This document shows, one piece after another, positions 22,160-34,129 of a DNA stretch of 64,000 nucleotides. The position numbers and the translations under genes were made by a program. Where the stretch lies: contig CBDCOH010000002.1 in assembly GCA_965219685.1 (NCBI GenBank), forward strand, positions 3,008,001 through 3,072,000. Direction: 5' to 3'. This stretch comes from Candidatus Spongiisociaceae bacterium (GTDB lineage: Bacteria > Actinomycetota > Acidimicrobiia > Spongiisociales > Spongiisociaceae). The notes under the pieces are model-generated. The model saw nothing but the letters and a program-made list of their open reading frames with translations, was not told the origin of the DNA and ran no database searches. Numbering within the stretch: position 1 is the stretch's first letter; every line of letters begins with the position of its first letter.

Positions 22160-22888
22160 TCTGAAGCTGTGGCCAGGGGCTTGGGCGGGATAGAGGCACC
22201 GTTGTGGATCGTGCGCCGACCGAGCGGTCAGCACAACTCGACAGTCACCCGGGTAGTTGGGTTGGCCGGGGCATTCAGCCGATAACGCTAGAGGGGGAAC
22301 GACCGCGAACCCGACCAGCACCGATGTGTCGGTCTCCACAACTTGGGCGTCTCTGAGCGCTCGGCCCATTTTCACGGCCCCCTGCGCATCCCGCTTCGGT
22401 GACCAACAGGACAATTGCCGTGCTGTCGGGACCGGGCGGCGACTCCGCGTCGACGCGCACCAGCCTGGTGGGAAGCACCAAGGCGGGTTCGCAGGGTCGG
22501 CCCCAACCCGACCCGTCCCATTTCCACCCGCCGTTGCCCCGCTCGCATCGGGCGTAGCTGTATTCCTCCGCGGTGAGACCGCGAACGCGACGGCCGCGTC
22601 GTTGTCGATGGTGACCACCACCCAATCCCCCCTCGGCATCGGAGTACCGCCCGGATCCCTGAGCTCGGCGCGTAGCGCGTCGACCGCTGCATGGTCGACC
22701 TCGTCGATCAATAGTGGATCCACCAACTGGGAGTACCGCACCGGAGGGATACCACGGCAGGTAACGAGAGGATCATCCACCCCGGGAACCGGGATCACCT
22801 CCAGCGGCATGACATAGGGGCGAACGATGTAGGCAACCGCTAAGGATGCAGCCAACCCAACAGCGACCAGCACCACCAGCCTCGTCAA
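22160..22888 (-). pseudogene. Frameshifted membrane-anchored or secreted hypothetical protein
   Basis: Hydrophobic N-terminus; plausible coding segments are spread over two frames. Confidence 0.4.
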
Positions 22889-23386
22889 AGGCCAGCGGGC
22901 ACCTGTCGACCGAGACCAGCCCGGCCGCTACCCGGTGGCACCCAGCACCACCGAACAGACCCCGCCCTGGCTTCGCCTGACCGGCTCCCTCCCCACGCCT
23001 CCCGCAACCGGACCGATCATGCAGAACCCCCTCCTCACCTCCGGCCGGTTCCGACACCCCTGGCAGATCCCCAACCCCACCGATTCGCGAAGAGAACAGA
23101 AGGATGAGGCGATACCTGGAGCAACCCACAGGTTCGTGGCTGGCCCGGTTTATGCACTACCGCGACCGCCTACGGATGAAACCGGCTTCTACCTGGGGGA
23201 ACACTCCGCTGCCGGGTTGTCATAAACGTCTGTTATCGGACAACGGGGGTGGGCGACGGCCACCGTGCACAGGCGTGAGTTGGAAACCAACCGCCCCGGG
23301 GGCCGATGGGTCTAGGGTGAACAAATGCCCCCGTCCGACCACCCTCCGGAACCGGAAGTCGCTTCCCGCCATCCGCCGATCGGCGG

Positions 23387-23824
23387 ATGAAGGTCACACA
23401 TCTGGCAGTGGTCATAGCCATAATCGGCTTGGGGACCTGGTACCAGGAGAGAACCGACCCGCCCGTCACCACCGCAGTCGAGGTGCGCACTGTAGAGCCG
23501 CTGATCGCCACTACCGTTCCGGAACCGGTCATCGTCACGACCACGACGCTGCCGCCTGTCGAGTCTGCCCGGGTAAACCTCAACATCGCGCTGTCGGAGG
23601 TCGGCGGTGAGCGGGCTGCTCTCACAGCTCTTGCCGCCGCATACGAAGCTATGGCCCGGGCACTCGACGACAACGACCAGGCCGCCCTCATCGCTCTGTG
23701 GACCGCCCACCGGATCGCCAACAGGTTAGCCCCGAGTTTTGGGTTGGCTGGGCCTGGCGCCATGTCGGTAGCACAAATACGAGGGTTTGTTGGATCCGGG
23801 TTCTCGTACGAGGGCGGTTTATAG
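23387..23824 (+). CDS. Hypothetical membrane-anchored protein
   Basis: N-terminal TM segment, Thr/Pro linker, helical C-terminus. Confidence 0.5.
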   Translation: MKVTHLAVVIAIIGLGTWYQERTDPPVTTAVEVRTVEPLIATTVPEPVIVTTTTLPPVESARVNLNIALSEVGGERAALTALAAAYEAMARALDDNDQAALIALWTAHRIANRLAPSFGLAGPGAMSVAQIRGFVGSGFSYEGGL

Positions 23825-24001
23825 GGGGTCGCTTTCTGGATCGCCAGGCTTCACACGATTCGGGGTGTCAGCCTCTGTCGACGATCATTAATACTCAATG
23901 AGCCATTCATATCCGACGCACCCGTGTTATGGGATTCCTAACCACGTCTTGAACAGTGCGGTTGTACCAACACCACCCAGCACATTGCGAGTACTGATCT
24001 G

Positions 24002-25351
24002 TTAGCGTAACGGTGCAGCCCGGTCCGCTGAGTCGGGACTCCCTGCCATTGAAGACTCTGACCGTGTTAGTAGATGATCTAACACTTGACCGTGAAGGGC
24101 TGTAAAGTAGGTTGGGAATGCCTCACCAATCAAGTTGCGAATCAGGTAAAAGGTACGGTTCGCTCGCGCGCGTCCCCAGTCGTAGAAGCGGGGAACCGTC
24201 TGTAGATCGGCACACTCCAGGATACTGAGCACTCTGTTTTCCCAAGGATGGATCTTGAAGTCGCTCCCTATATGGCTTGAGTTAGTAGTAACCGTGTAGG
24301 CGGGTCGCCCAGGGTGCATTCGTCGGTAACTTGATTCGAAGCCCTTTATAAGCGACGGTCTCCCACCTCTTTCCACGTAGGGGCGATTGCGCATCACACT
24401 GCCGCATTTTGGACATGCTATTAAGCCGATCTCGATCTTCTCCTGACCACAAGAGGGACACTTGTCGTTCTCGTAAGCGCTGCGACCCGAGTTAGCTGGT
24501 ATCTCGTTGATCTGTCGATACCGCTCGGGGCCATAGGCGGGAACGAAGTGCAGAGGGTGGGTACCGCGAGCATCATCCTTGGAGCGTGCGTCCAGAGCTT
24601 CATACTCCATACTCTTCAACCACTCCCCAATCGTGACCCACTGGTTGAGGCCATGCGCGGGCGATTCGGCATGCGTTGGAGCAGGCACGGGATACCGATC
24701 TGAAGTTATCATAGATTTCAAACATGGTTCTCGATTATGAATTCCCACTATAAGCGCGCGTCTCCGAATCTGTGGCACACCATAGTCAGCCATGTTCACG
24801 ATGCTTGAGAAGAACTTATACTCTGGCAGGCGGTTGCTAAGAAGTCGGACCGCTGTAGCCGAAGTACCCTCGCTATGGATTTCCAACGTCAGGACTTGCC
24901 GCACGTTTTCAATTACGATGATCCGCGGTTTTAGCAGAAGCGATATGGGGATCACCTCCAGCAGCAGTCCGTTCTTTTTATCAAGTGCTCTGGCCTTTGG
25001 AGTTCGCCTCTTACCCCTACTCGGATTTGAACTACTCATGCCCTGACACGGGGGTGTAGCCACTAACAAGTCCAGTTGTCTAGATGTGCGCTCGTGATAC
25101 GCACCTGTGATCTTCTTCACGTGATCACGGACATCGAAAGTGAGCCACCGAGAAGTAGGAAAATTATCACGCCCGATGGCTGCACGCCGCGGATCGATCT
25201 CTACTTGTACAACGAATCGAAAGCCCGCCATCTCGTAACCCAAGTCACTGAGCCCAGCTCCCGAAAAAAGGGAGACCGCAGTCCATCGTCTCCTGGTTGT
25301 TGACCCTTCTTGCAGTACAAAGTTCCGAAGCGACTCGTTAGGCATTCTCAT
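24002..25351 (-). CDS. dcm: DNA (cytosine-5) methyltransferase with Zn-finger insert
   Basis: LFSGAG, PPCQG, ENV, YGVPQIRRR; CPSC...CPKC. Confidence 0.92.
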   Translation of the reverse strand: MRMPNESLRNFVLQEGSTTRRRWTAVSLFSGAGLSDLGYEMAGFRFVVQVEIDPRRAAIGRDNFPTSRWLTFDVRDHVKKITGAYHERTSRQLDLLVATPPCQGMSSSNPSRGKRRTPKARALDKKNGLLLEVIPISLLLKPRIIVIENVRQVLTLEIHSEGTSATAVRLLSNRLPEYKFFSSIVNMADYGVPQIRRRALIVGIHNREPCLKSMITSDRYPVPAPTHAESPAHGLNQWVTIGEWLKSMEYEALDARSKDDARGTHPLHFVPAYGPERYRQINEIPANSGRSAYENDKCPSCGQEKIEIGLIACPKCGSVMRNRPYVERGGRPSLIKGFESSYRRMHPGRPAYTVTTNSSHIGSDFKIHPWENRVLSILECADLQTVPRFYDWGRARANRTFYLIRNLIGEAFPTYFTALHGQVLDHLLTRSESSMAGSPDSADRAAPLR

Positions 25352-25814
25352 GCCCGACTGTCCGGGGACCACTATTCGATGATGTCAGCCGTATTATCTC
25401 GACCAATCGCTCAACGGTGTCTACAAGTCCCGACTTCGTACGAATGTCGTGCTCAGGGACCCGAAGCACAGTCCAGCCTGACTGCTCCAATTCTCTGGTC
25501 ACACGGCCATCCCGTCTCCTATTGGTGGCTATCTTATCTATCCAAAAGTGGGAACTCAGCCCTGCATACTTCCTACATTTTCTACATCCATGCCAAAAGC
25601 AACCATCCATAAAGATGACGATCCGCTTACCAGGTAAGACGATATCCGGACGCCCAGGGAGTGTTTCGCCTTTAGTGGAGCGATATCCCTCGTAAGTGAA
25701 GTAGCGCACGCCTTGATGCCACAATCCCGAAGCTAATGCGCGCTCAGGGCCTGTTCGACCGTGATTATTTGCCATGGCACGGGAGCGCTGTGACGGAGTC
25801 ATGATATCGGACAA
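25338..25814 (-). CDS. vsr: Very-short-patch repair endonuclease
   Basis: LPGRPDIV...FMDGCFWHGC...GWTVLRV. Confidence 0.92.
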   Translation of the reverse strand: MSDIMTPSQRSRAMANNHGRTGPERALASGLWHQGVRYFTYEGYRSTKGETLPGRPDIVLPGKRIVIFMDGCFWHGCRKCRKYAGLSSHFWIDKIATNRRRDGRVTRELEQSGWTVLRVPEHDIRTKSGLVDTVERLVEIIRLTSSNSGPRTVGHENA

Positions 25815-25821
25815 CTGTTCG

Positions 25822-27834
25822 TCACTTTCCTAGTGCGAGGTCAGGGAGGTCTCCCTGCATCTTGCCAACGATCTTGAGAAAGTCCTCGTGGCTTCGATGG
25901 GTGGACTGAAGCACATCATGCCATGTCTTCGTAAGGATCGTCTCGTCCTTGTCAATGTTGTTCCTGGCCATTGCCTCTAATCTCAGCGAATCGCAGATTA
26001 TTGTCAACTGAGCCTCTGCAAACGACTCACGTACTTCTTCCGTCTCTTCGATAAACCGTCGCATCGCCGTTAGGTAGCCAAATGCTCTCGCAAACTCCTT
26101 GTCAGTAAGGGCATGTTTAGGTCGTTTAATCTCAATAACTTCCAGCCGGCTTAAGTGGTTGAGCATCACAAAGTCTGGCTGCTTTGTCGGATTGTCAATT
26201 GCCGACGTGACGATCTCTTTATCGAAGTTCAGACGATACCAACTCTCAAAGTTTCTTCGGGTGGAGGCAAGGGTTTGGTTGAAACTGAGCGGTGTCCAGT
26301 CCGGATAAAGAATCCATGGAGCAGTCTCAATAAGTCGCTGTAACTCGCGCTCTACCGTTTCGTGGCTGGAAACTAGCCTCTTGAGTTGAGTGATAGCGTC
26401 GACCCTTTCTTGAGCCACCTGGCCTAGAGAATATGTCTCTACCAATCTCGCTTTCTCAAAGAGATCGAGAATCACATCAGTGGCGCGGTCGACCACAGTC
26501 GATACCTCACCTAGAGTCGTAAGCAGTGTGGAGTGTGGACCGACGGCATATGCTAGTCGTACTACACGGTCAATATGGTCGGGATCTCTTAGAGAATCTC
26601 GGTCGGTACCTGCCACAAGTGATCGCGCCGCTCTCTCAACCGACTGTCGTATAGTAGCGTCGTTTGTGTGTGCTACCCGCAGCCGATCCCGCAAGCGAGA
26701 CTTCTCAAGAAAGATTTCCCACGTACGCCTCCCCGTACTTACTTCTGCTTTAGCTGCGAGTTCCTTCAGAAGCTGGCGGCCCCACTCCTGTAACGGTGTT
26801 CCCAAGTCGGAGTTCCAGATTATATCCTGCCTGTCTGTACGGACATAGTCTTCTTCATCATCAAGCCACTCGGCATGGATGGCTCCGGTGAGATAGCTCC
26901 TCATCTTGAATTCACCAGTGAACCCGGTCTTGATATCGAAGTCTCTTGTTTGGGAGACAATTTTGCCTCTAGAATACAGACGAACGCCAGCCATCACTTC
27001 GTCCTTATACGGATCTTTTGCGTAAGCTACCCAACCAGATACGGGCAGGAACTCATTTTCCACCTTGACCGGGCGATTTCCTACATCTATACGGGTATTG
27101 GCCATGATATCGACGTTTAGCGTTCCGAGTTCGATTGGTTCCTCCGTCTTAGTACTATCCTCTAGGCGGACGCTCCAATTGCTTTGTGTTAACCCGAACC
27201 TAGCAGCTAGCTGGCGATCCAGTTCTTCCCTCGTAGGCACGCGGCGACGATCAAAGCATCGCAGAATCAGTTTTGTATAGCTAGATTCGCAATAGGTTCC
27301 ATCCCGTGGTCCGGGAACCGGGTGATACGGTAAGGTGTGACCAAGTTCATCAAACTTCTCATCCGTCATCTTGCTGAGTTCGAGAATCAAGTGACATACC
27401 TCATAACCGCGGTTGGTTGACGGACCGCCCGCTGTGATAACGTCCACTTGATGACAGATACCGAAAGGTGCTAGCTTACCGATACCCTTTCTACCCATGA
27501 CACGGCGGTTATACCTAGCAGTCCTATCGCCGCGCTTAGTCCGTCGGTTATACCCCACATTCAGGTAGTAGTCGTTCACTTCTTTTACGGTCATCCCAGA
27601 ACCATCGTCTTCGATAACGATCTTGAAGCCCTGATCTTCTATCGTCCCGCGGACCTTTCGGGCTAGGTACTGGCCGAAAGGCAGCGTGATTGTAACGTTC
27701 TCAGCGTCTGCGTCGTAGGAGTTGGCGATTAACTCAGCTAACACAGCCGATACTCTGTCGTACATCTTGATTCCCAACTTGTCAATAGTAAGATGGGAAA
27801 TCCGCATGGTGTACTTCTCGTAGGCTTGTGACAT
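25822..27834 (-). CDS. GHKL (MORC/Hsp90-like) ATPase fused to a probable restriction-type nuclease
   Basis: ELIANSYDA, DDGSGM, GRKGIGK; C-terminal PDF...EIKRP. Confidence 0.85.
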   Translation of the reverse strand: MSQAYEKYTMRISHLTIDKLGIKMYDRVSAVLAELIANSYDADAENVTITLPFGQYLARKVRGTIEDQGFKIVIEDDGSGMTVKEVNDYYLNVGYNRRTKRGDRTARYNRRVMGRKGIGKLAPFGICHQVDVITAGGPSTNRGYEVCHLILELSKMTDEKFDELGHTLPYHPVPGPRDGTYCESSYTKLILRCFDRRRVPTREELDRQLAARFGLTQSNWSVRLEDSTKTEEPIELGTLNVDIMANTRIDVGNRPVKVENEFLPVSGWVAYAKDPYKDEVMAGVRLYSRGKIVSQTRDFDIKTGFTGEFKMRSYLTGAIHAEWLDDEEDYVRTDRQDIIWNSDLGTPLQEWGRQLLKELAAKAEVSTGRRTWEIFLEKSRLRDRLRVAHTNDATIRQSVERAARSLVAGTDRDSLRDPDHIDRVVRLAYAVGPHSTLLTTLGEVSTVVDRATDVILDLFEKARLVETYSLGQVAQERVDAITQLKRLVSSHETVERELQRLIETAPWILYPDWTPLSFNQTLASTRRNFESWYRLNFDKEIVTSAIDNPTKQPDFVMLNHLSRLEVIEIKRPKHALTDKEFARAFGYLTAMRRFIEETEEVRESFAEAQLTIICDSLRLEAMARNNIDKDETILTKTWHDVLQSTHRSHEDFLKIVGKMQGDLPDLALGK

Positions 27835-29306
27835 TCTTACCTCAACTAATAGGGCAGGCTGAGTTCTGACTCGGTAATTTGTGCTGTTCCGCTGATCACC
27901 ATCAACTCCACTCGGATACTCTCCTCGTATTCGGTATAGTGTTACGGTGTAGCCATACGGCTTGGTGGGGACGAGTGGCAGCCGTGAGAGTGCCGCTCCG
28001 TCTTACTGTTTGGGTACGGGCGCTGAATAGTTTCTTGCCCTAGGTCCGCTACCCGTTTCTCGCGCAGACCCATAACCTCAGAGGTTAGTCGCCAGCAAGT
28101 GCAGGGAGTGCTGTGTCACTGGGGCGGCCTTCCCTTCGAGCGCCGGGAGAGTTTCACCCAGCGGTATCCGGTAACTGTGTGTGAGCACTGTGTAAAGGGT
28201 GCAGGATCGGGCAATCGGGGTATAGAGTGGATAGGGAGGAGTACGATATAAGAAAAGAACGTGTAAGTGGGTAACGACATACGATATATGTAAATCGTAC
28301 ATGGGGCGCCTGAGCGGAAGGTTGGATTGTGTGCAGGGGAAGGAACGACCAAAGGACAGTTCAACGTACCCCGCTGGCCAGTCTCTCTTCGGTCAGTTCC
28401 TCGTGTTGCCACGGCGGGCTGGCGCCGGAGGTGACTCATGTCTCGACTATGCGGCGGAGGGTGTCCAGCAGGTAATCGCCGCCCTGGCGGTCGATCCGTT
28501 CGTCGAGACCGATGTATCCGATGAGGCGTTGCTCAACCGCGCCGACGAGGGAGTATGCGGCCTGCTCCGTCTCCCGATGGTGGTAGTCGACGAAGAAAGT
28601 GCCAGGCTTCCTGCATGACCTCGACGCGTCCAGCAGACCACTTGATGGCCAGCCCCGGTGTGTCGGCAGGGCCGGTATCGCGGATGGTATCCGTGTCTGG
28701 CGGCTGGTTGTCACATACAATCTCTTGCAGTCCGTTCCTTGGCTGATTGCCGAAGCGCAGCGGCGGTCTTCTGACGGCGTTCATGTCACGGACGGGAGCC
28801 TCCGCTTGCTTTAGTTCCGGTCGCTTGCCCAATGAGGTGATGGTCGTCTGGGGTGGATCCGGGGTTGGGTGGCTTTGCCAGTTCGGTAGGAATCGGCACC
28901 CGGGTGCTGGTTTCTGCCGAATCCGCCAAGGCTTGGTCCTCCGGCCACTCGAAGGTTTGGCGGCGCGCAGATCGGGTTCCAGGCGCCTGTACCTCGGGCC
29001 GTGTTCCCCGGATTGGCCAAGCTTCGACGCGGACAGGGAACGGGGCCGTCTGCGGGATGGGGGAGGTGTCTCGGGTTGGCGGGGTCGACCTAGCCGGTCG
29101 TATCCGGCTGGCGCTTCCGTTGTGCTGACTCCCCGGTCGTGGGGTTCTTGTTCGCGTAGGGCTCGTTTCGGGGTTTAGGTGGGGTGGTGGCCCCAGCGTT
29201 GCGCGCCGAGGTATCGGCCGGTTGCTAGGTCGTGGTCCTCGAGGGTTTCGATGAGACGTTCTGCGGGGCTGTTGGACCAGCCGAGGCGGTTGGTGTCTTG
29301 TTGGTC

Positions 29307-30656
29307 GGCCCTGCGCGGAAATGTGGGATGGGTGGGTTGAAATCCTTGGATTGGGGGTGAGGCCCCGCTGGAATCGGTGAAGACCAAATCGCCGAATCCC
29401 AGGAGGGGCCTCGATGTCTGATGTTATGTCTGTTCGTCTGCACTTGTCGGGTGTTCGCGTTAAGGGGGTGCCGGTCGATTCCGTTGATCGCCTCGAGGTT
29501 GAGGTGGAATCGACCAGGGAGTGGTCCCGGTGTCCTCATTGTGGGTTCCGCTGCTCCAAGGTGTGGGACCGGCGAGCGAAGCGGGTTCGTGACTTGGAGG
29601 TGAGCGGCCGGCGCACGACTCTGGTGTGGCGTCGCCGCCGGTTCTGGTGTGGTAACTGTGAGGAGCGGCACCTGGAGGACCACGACCAGTTCCGGGCGGG
29701 GTTGACTCGCCGGTTCGCGCAGCGTCTTGTTCAGGACGCCAGGCGGATGTCGATTAGGGCGGCTTCCCGTCATCACGGGGTGGGTTGGCATCGGATCATG
29801 GGCCTGGTGAGAGCTGAGGCGGCTCGGGTAGCGAAGCGTCGCCGCTCCCGACCCTGTCGGGTGTTGTTGGTGGACGAAACGTCGATCCGGCGCCGGCATC
29901 GTTATGTGACCGTGGTTGCTTGTGGCGACACCGGCAAAGTGTTGGCGATGATCCCAGGCCGGACGAAAGCGTCTCTGACCAGGTTCTTCAGAGACCAGGG
30001 GGCATGGTGGTGTCGGCAGGTGGAGATCGTCGTCTCCGACGGATCACGCTCATACCAGGCAGCCATCGCCCAGTACCTGCCCGACGCCCGCCACGTCCTC
30101 GACCGGTTCCACGTCGCGCGGTGGTTTACCGAAGGCTTGACCCTGGTACGCCGTGAACTGCAACGCCGCCCCCCAGATCAGCGGCCCCCCACATACGAGC
30201 CGGACCTTTTCCGAGCCCGGTTCACCCTCCTACGGCGGGCGGATCATCTCACAGACGGGCACCACAAGCACCTCGACCGCCTATTCGACGCTCACCCCCG
30301 GCTCCGCACCGCCTGGGACGCTCTCCAAGAGCTCTACCAGCTGTACCAATCCGAAGACCTCGACGGCGCCAACCAGGCGCTGGGGCGGTTCGCCGACCTC
30401 TACGCCACCGGTCAGATCCCCGAATACCACGACATCGTGGACACCATCATCGCCTGGGGAGAAGAGATACTGGCCTACCACCGCAGCAGACGAGCAACCA
30501 ACGGACCCATCGAAGGAATCAACAACCTGCTCCAAGTCCTACGCCGCGTCGCTCACGGGTTCACCAACACCAACAACTTCGCAGCCCGAGGAATCCTCGT
30601 AACATGACCCACCACACCGACCACAGCGCCCAAAACCCACGAAATCGCGAAGCCTC
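29307..30656 (+). mobile_element. ISL3-family element with 8-bp TSD TGTTGGTC
   Basis: TSD at 29299-29306 and 30657-30664; ends GGCCCTGCGCG and GAGGCTTCGCG (reverse complement). Confidence 0.92.
29414..30607 (+). CDS. ISL3 transposase
   Basis: CPHC zinc finger; VDE; DRFH; TNGPIEGINN. Confidence 0.92.
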   Translation: MSDVMSVRLHLSGVRVKGVPVDSVDRLEVEVESTREWSRCPHCGFRCSKVWDRRAKRVRDLEVSGRRTTLVWRRRRFWCGNCEERHLEDHDQFRAGLTRRFAQRLVQDARRMSIRAASRHHGVGWHRIMGLVRAEAARVAKRRRSRPCRVLLVDETSIRRRHRYVTVVACGDTGKVLAMIPGRTKASLTRFFRDQGAWWCRQVEIVVSDGSRSYQAAIAQYLPDARHVLDRFHVARWFTEGLTLVRRELQRRPPDQRPPTYEPDLFRARFTLLRRADHLTDGHHKHLDRLFDAHPRLRTAWDALQELYQLYQSEDLDGANQALGRFADLYATGQIPEYHDIVDTIIAWGEEILAYHRSRRATNGPIEGINNLLQVLRRVAHGFTNTNNFAARGILVT

Positions 30657-31789
30657 TGTTGGTCGGGGATGTGTGCGTCGGCGTATAGGGCTGCTCGGCA
30701 GGCTGCCCATCCGAGGGTTTCTACGAGCCGGATGGACGGTTCGGAGCTGTGCCGTGTCGGTCGGGGCAAGGGGTGTTCGTACCAGGCGGGGATGGTCTTC
30801 TCGTGCCAGATGCTGATCCAGTAGGGAGTGGGCGGGGTGAGGAGGTGGTCGAAGTTGGTGCGGTGGGGCTCGACTAGGCGGTCGCACAGCCTGGAGATGT
30901 TGTGTCCCCAGGTTGTGGTACCCGGCACGGCTGCGAGGTGGATGAGCGCTCGGATCGAGTCGGCAACCACCGCATGCGCCGCCGCGCATGCCCACAGCAG
31001 GGCGGTCCGGTACCCGTCGGGGTCCTTGGCTTGTTCTCGGCGGTTCCGGACCGCGCCTTCTAGGTAGCTGCGCAGCTGTGCCACACCCATGTCTACCGAC
31101 CCGAGCATCGACCGGGCTTCTTCCAGCGCGTTGGTGGCCGACACCATCGGCTTGTCCCAGTTCACCACCACAGCGGGTGGGCGGTCTGCGAGGACCCGTC
31201 CGTAGGAGGCCACATGCCGTTCCATCGACGTTTCGATCCCTTCGGTGCGGGTTTTCCACTCGGGCCGGTCGGTGACCACCAACTGCACCGGATATCCTGA
31301 CGCTTCTTCGGCAGCGTCCCGCAGCGATTCGGTCAGATGGTCGCGCTGGTCGTAGTCCAGGTCGTCGTAGACAGCGACCAGGTCGATGTCGCTTCGGGCG
31401 GTTTGTTCACCACGGGCGACGGAGCCGAACAGCACCACCCCGCCAACACCAGCCGCTACCAGCACCTCCACGGCCCGTTCCGCGTCGCGCAGCGACGGCG
31501 GAACCCCCGAACCGGCCCCTACATGTTTGTTCACGCTCATCCCGACACTCCTCCCTTCCCCTATTCTGTCAGCAGACCAGCCGCTCCCCCGAAGCCCGGT
31601 GTCCGCATCCATCCCGTGGCTGCACCGGTCCGGCATCCCCGCTCTGCGGATCCGACGTTCGGACCAACTCCCGGAGTTGTCAGGATCGCCCTCGACCCCC
31701 GTCGCGCGAGATGGCACACTCCGGGAACGACTATCTCCATACATGATTCGGTCCGTGCCTTCGGTGTTCGCTGGTCCCGTAGCCGGGGT

Positions 31790-33935
31790 TTATGGTGCCC
31801 ACTGGACTCCTTCGGGGGGCGGCATGAGACCTCTCCGGCCCCAGCATGCGGCTAGGCCGTCTTTTCTTGTGCCGCAGGATGTGTCTCCGAACAGGTAGAG
31901 GGAGGCGAATTCGCCTTCGGGAGCGTCTGTTTGGCCGTGGTGGTTGGGTCCCCAGCAGGCGACGGTGGCGTCTGTTCGTATCCCACAGGAGTGGCTGCCG
32001 TGGATGATGCTGACGGCTACGACGCTGAACTGGCCGTCGGGGACATCGAGGCTGTTTTCGTTGTCGTGGCCCCAACAGGCGATGCTGCCGTTTGTGCGGA
32101 GCCCGCAGATGTGGTCGTAGCCGCCCGAGATGGCGGCGAATTGGCCGTCTGGTGCTTGGGTGTATCTGCCCCAGCACGCGATTGTGCGGTCGGTGCTTAT
32201 GCCGCAGGTGTAGTCAATACCGACAGCCACGGCGGCGAACTGGCTGTCGGGGGCCGATAGCGCTGCTGCCGGTGCTTGGTCGCCCCAGCATGTGATGGTG
32301 CCGTCCGCTCCGATCGCGCAAGAGTGGGAGATGCCGGTAACGAGCGCTGTGTGCTGACCGTCGGGTACGTTGAGTTGTCCTTGGTCGTTGTTTCCCCAGC
32401 AGACGATGCCACCGTCGGTGCGGAGCCCACACGAGTGTTGGGCCCAGGCCGACACCGCGGCGAATTGTCCGTCGGGTGGGTCGGACTGTCCTTGGTTGTT
32501 GTTTCCCCAGCAGGCGACACGACCGTCGGTGCCGAGCGCGCATGTGTGGCCCGATCCGGCGGTGAGGGATGTGTACTGCTCGTCGGGTACGTCGAGTTGG
32601 TCGGGCGCCGCCTGCCCAGCAGGAGACGGTGCCGTCCGCTCGGAGCCCGCACAGGTGGTGGGTGCCGGCGACTACTGACGTGAAGGCCCCGTCTCGTATC
32701 CGGCCGCCCCAGCAGGTGATGGTGGCGTCCTGGCCTAGCCCGCAGGTGTGGTTGGATCCCCCGCTTATTGCGGTGAAGCGCCCGTCGGGTGGGTCGGACT
32801 GTCCTTGGTTGTTGTTTCCCCAGCAGACGATGGTGCCGTCTGCCCGGAGTCCGCAGGAGTGGGACGCTCCTGCGGTGATCGCCGCGAACGATCCATCAGC
32901 AGGGTCGGATTGCCCGTCGGTGTTACGGCCCCAACACTGCGCCGTGCTGTCCGCTCGCAGCCCACAGGTGTGGAGGGGTCCTGCGGCTATGGCGGTGAAG
33001 GTTCCGTCTGGCGCGTCGAGCTGGCTAGCGAAGTCGTTGTCGCCCCAGCAGACGACAGTGCCGTCCTCTCGGAGGCCGCACGTGTGGACCGACCCGGCCG
33101 TGATCGCCGCGAATGTTCCGTCGGGGGCGTCGAGTTGCCCGTATTCGTTCCACCCCCAACACGCTGCGGTGCCGTCCTCTCGGAGGCCGCACGAATGCCC
33201 GAACCCGGCGGTGATCGCCGCGAAGCTTTCGTCGGGGGCGTCGAGTTGCCCGTATTCGTTCCACCCCCAACAGGCGGCGGTGCCGTCGGTGCGGAGGCCG
33301 CACGAATGGGCGATCAGGGAAGCGATGTCGGTGAACTTGCCGTCGGGGGCGTTCCCCTGTCCCCGATTGTTGAAGCCCCAGCAGAAGACAGACCCATCGG
33401 CTCTCAGGCCGCAGGTGTGGTCGGTGCCGGCTGCGATCTTGGTGAACTCGCCTGCGGGTGCCGTTGCCCCACCGTCGTCGCGTGGGGGTAGCAGCCCGAA
33501 CGCCCGGGTGAGGAAGGTGGCCATCTGCGCGCGGGTCACCGCTTCGTAGGGGCAGAACCGCAGCGGCTCTCGGGCGCATCCGGCTGTGACACCGAGGTCT
33601 GCGAGCCGTTCAACATACGGTGTCCACCACTCGTCGGTGTCCACGTCGGCGAACCGTGTTCCCTCCCCAGCCGTGGTGGGCGACTCGCCCAACGCTCGGA
33701 CCAGCCACACGGCCATCACCCAACGCTGGATCGGCTCCCCAGGACAGAACAGGCCTTCCCCGCACTCGGTACCCGCCAGCAGCCCTTCGGTGGCCAGAGC
33801 GTCAATCGCTGGTTCGTGCACCGACCCGTCATCGTCGCCGAACCAACCCACCGCGGACACACCTGTGGCCAACACAACAATTAGCAGCAGTATCGCTGCG
33901 GTGGGCCGACAGCATCCACACACGGCGGCGGCCAC
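31790..33935 (-). pseudogene. SLH + RCC1-repeat protein, frameshifted near 32610
   Basis: SLH motif and CWG repeats continue in a second frame (31790-32455 ORF). Confidence 0.85.
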
Positions 33936-34129
33936 GCGTCACGCATCTATCTGCAGACATGTTTCTCTCCCTGGATCAGCCTTCTACGCATCCGGGTTCC
34001 CCCTTTGCCACCAGCGGAATCCCAACACCCATCCCCGCCATCGCGCATAGTTAATGTGATAGTCTCACGCTATGAGCATACCATCGGGGTTCGTGTCGCT
34101 AAGGGGCATCGGCCGGTACAATCCGAGAG

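Larger units (their letters stand above)
29175..31540 (-). pseudogene. Nucleotidyltransferase (MNT)-HEPN-like fusion interrupted by ISL3
   Basis: LFGSVARG...SDIDL; C-terminal WGHNISRL domain; tail resumes below 29306 and matches the paralog at 63495. Confidence 0.8.

Noticed and set aside
27850-29170. Short ORFs and an AT-richer patch
   Set aside because: No recognisable motifs; probably decayed genes.
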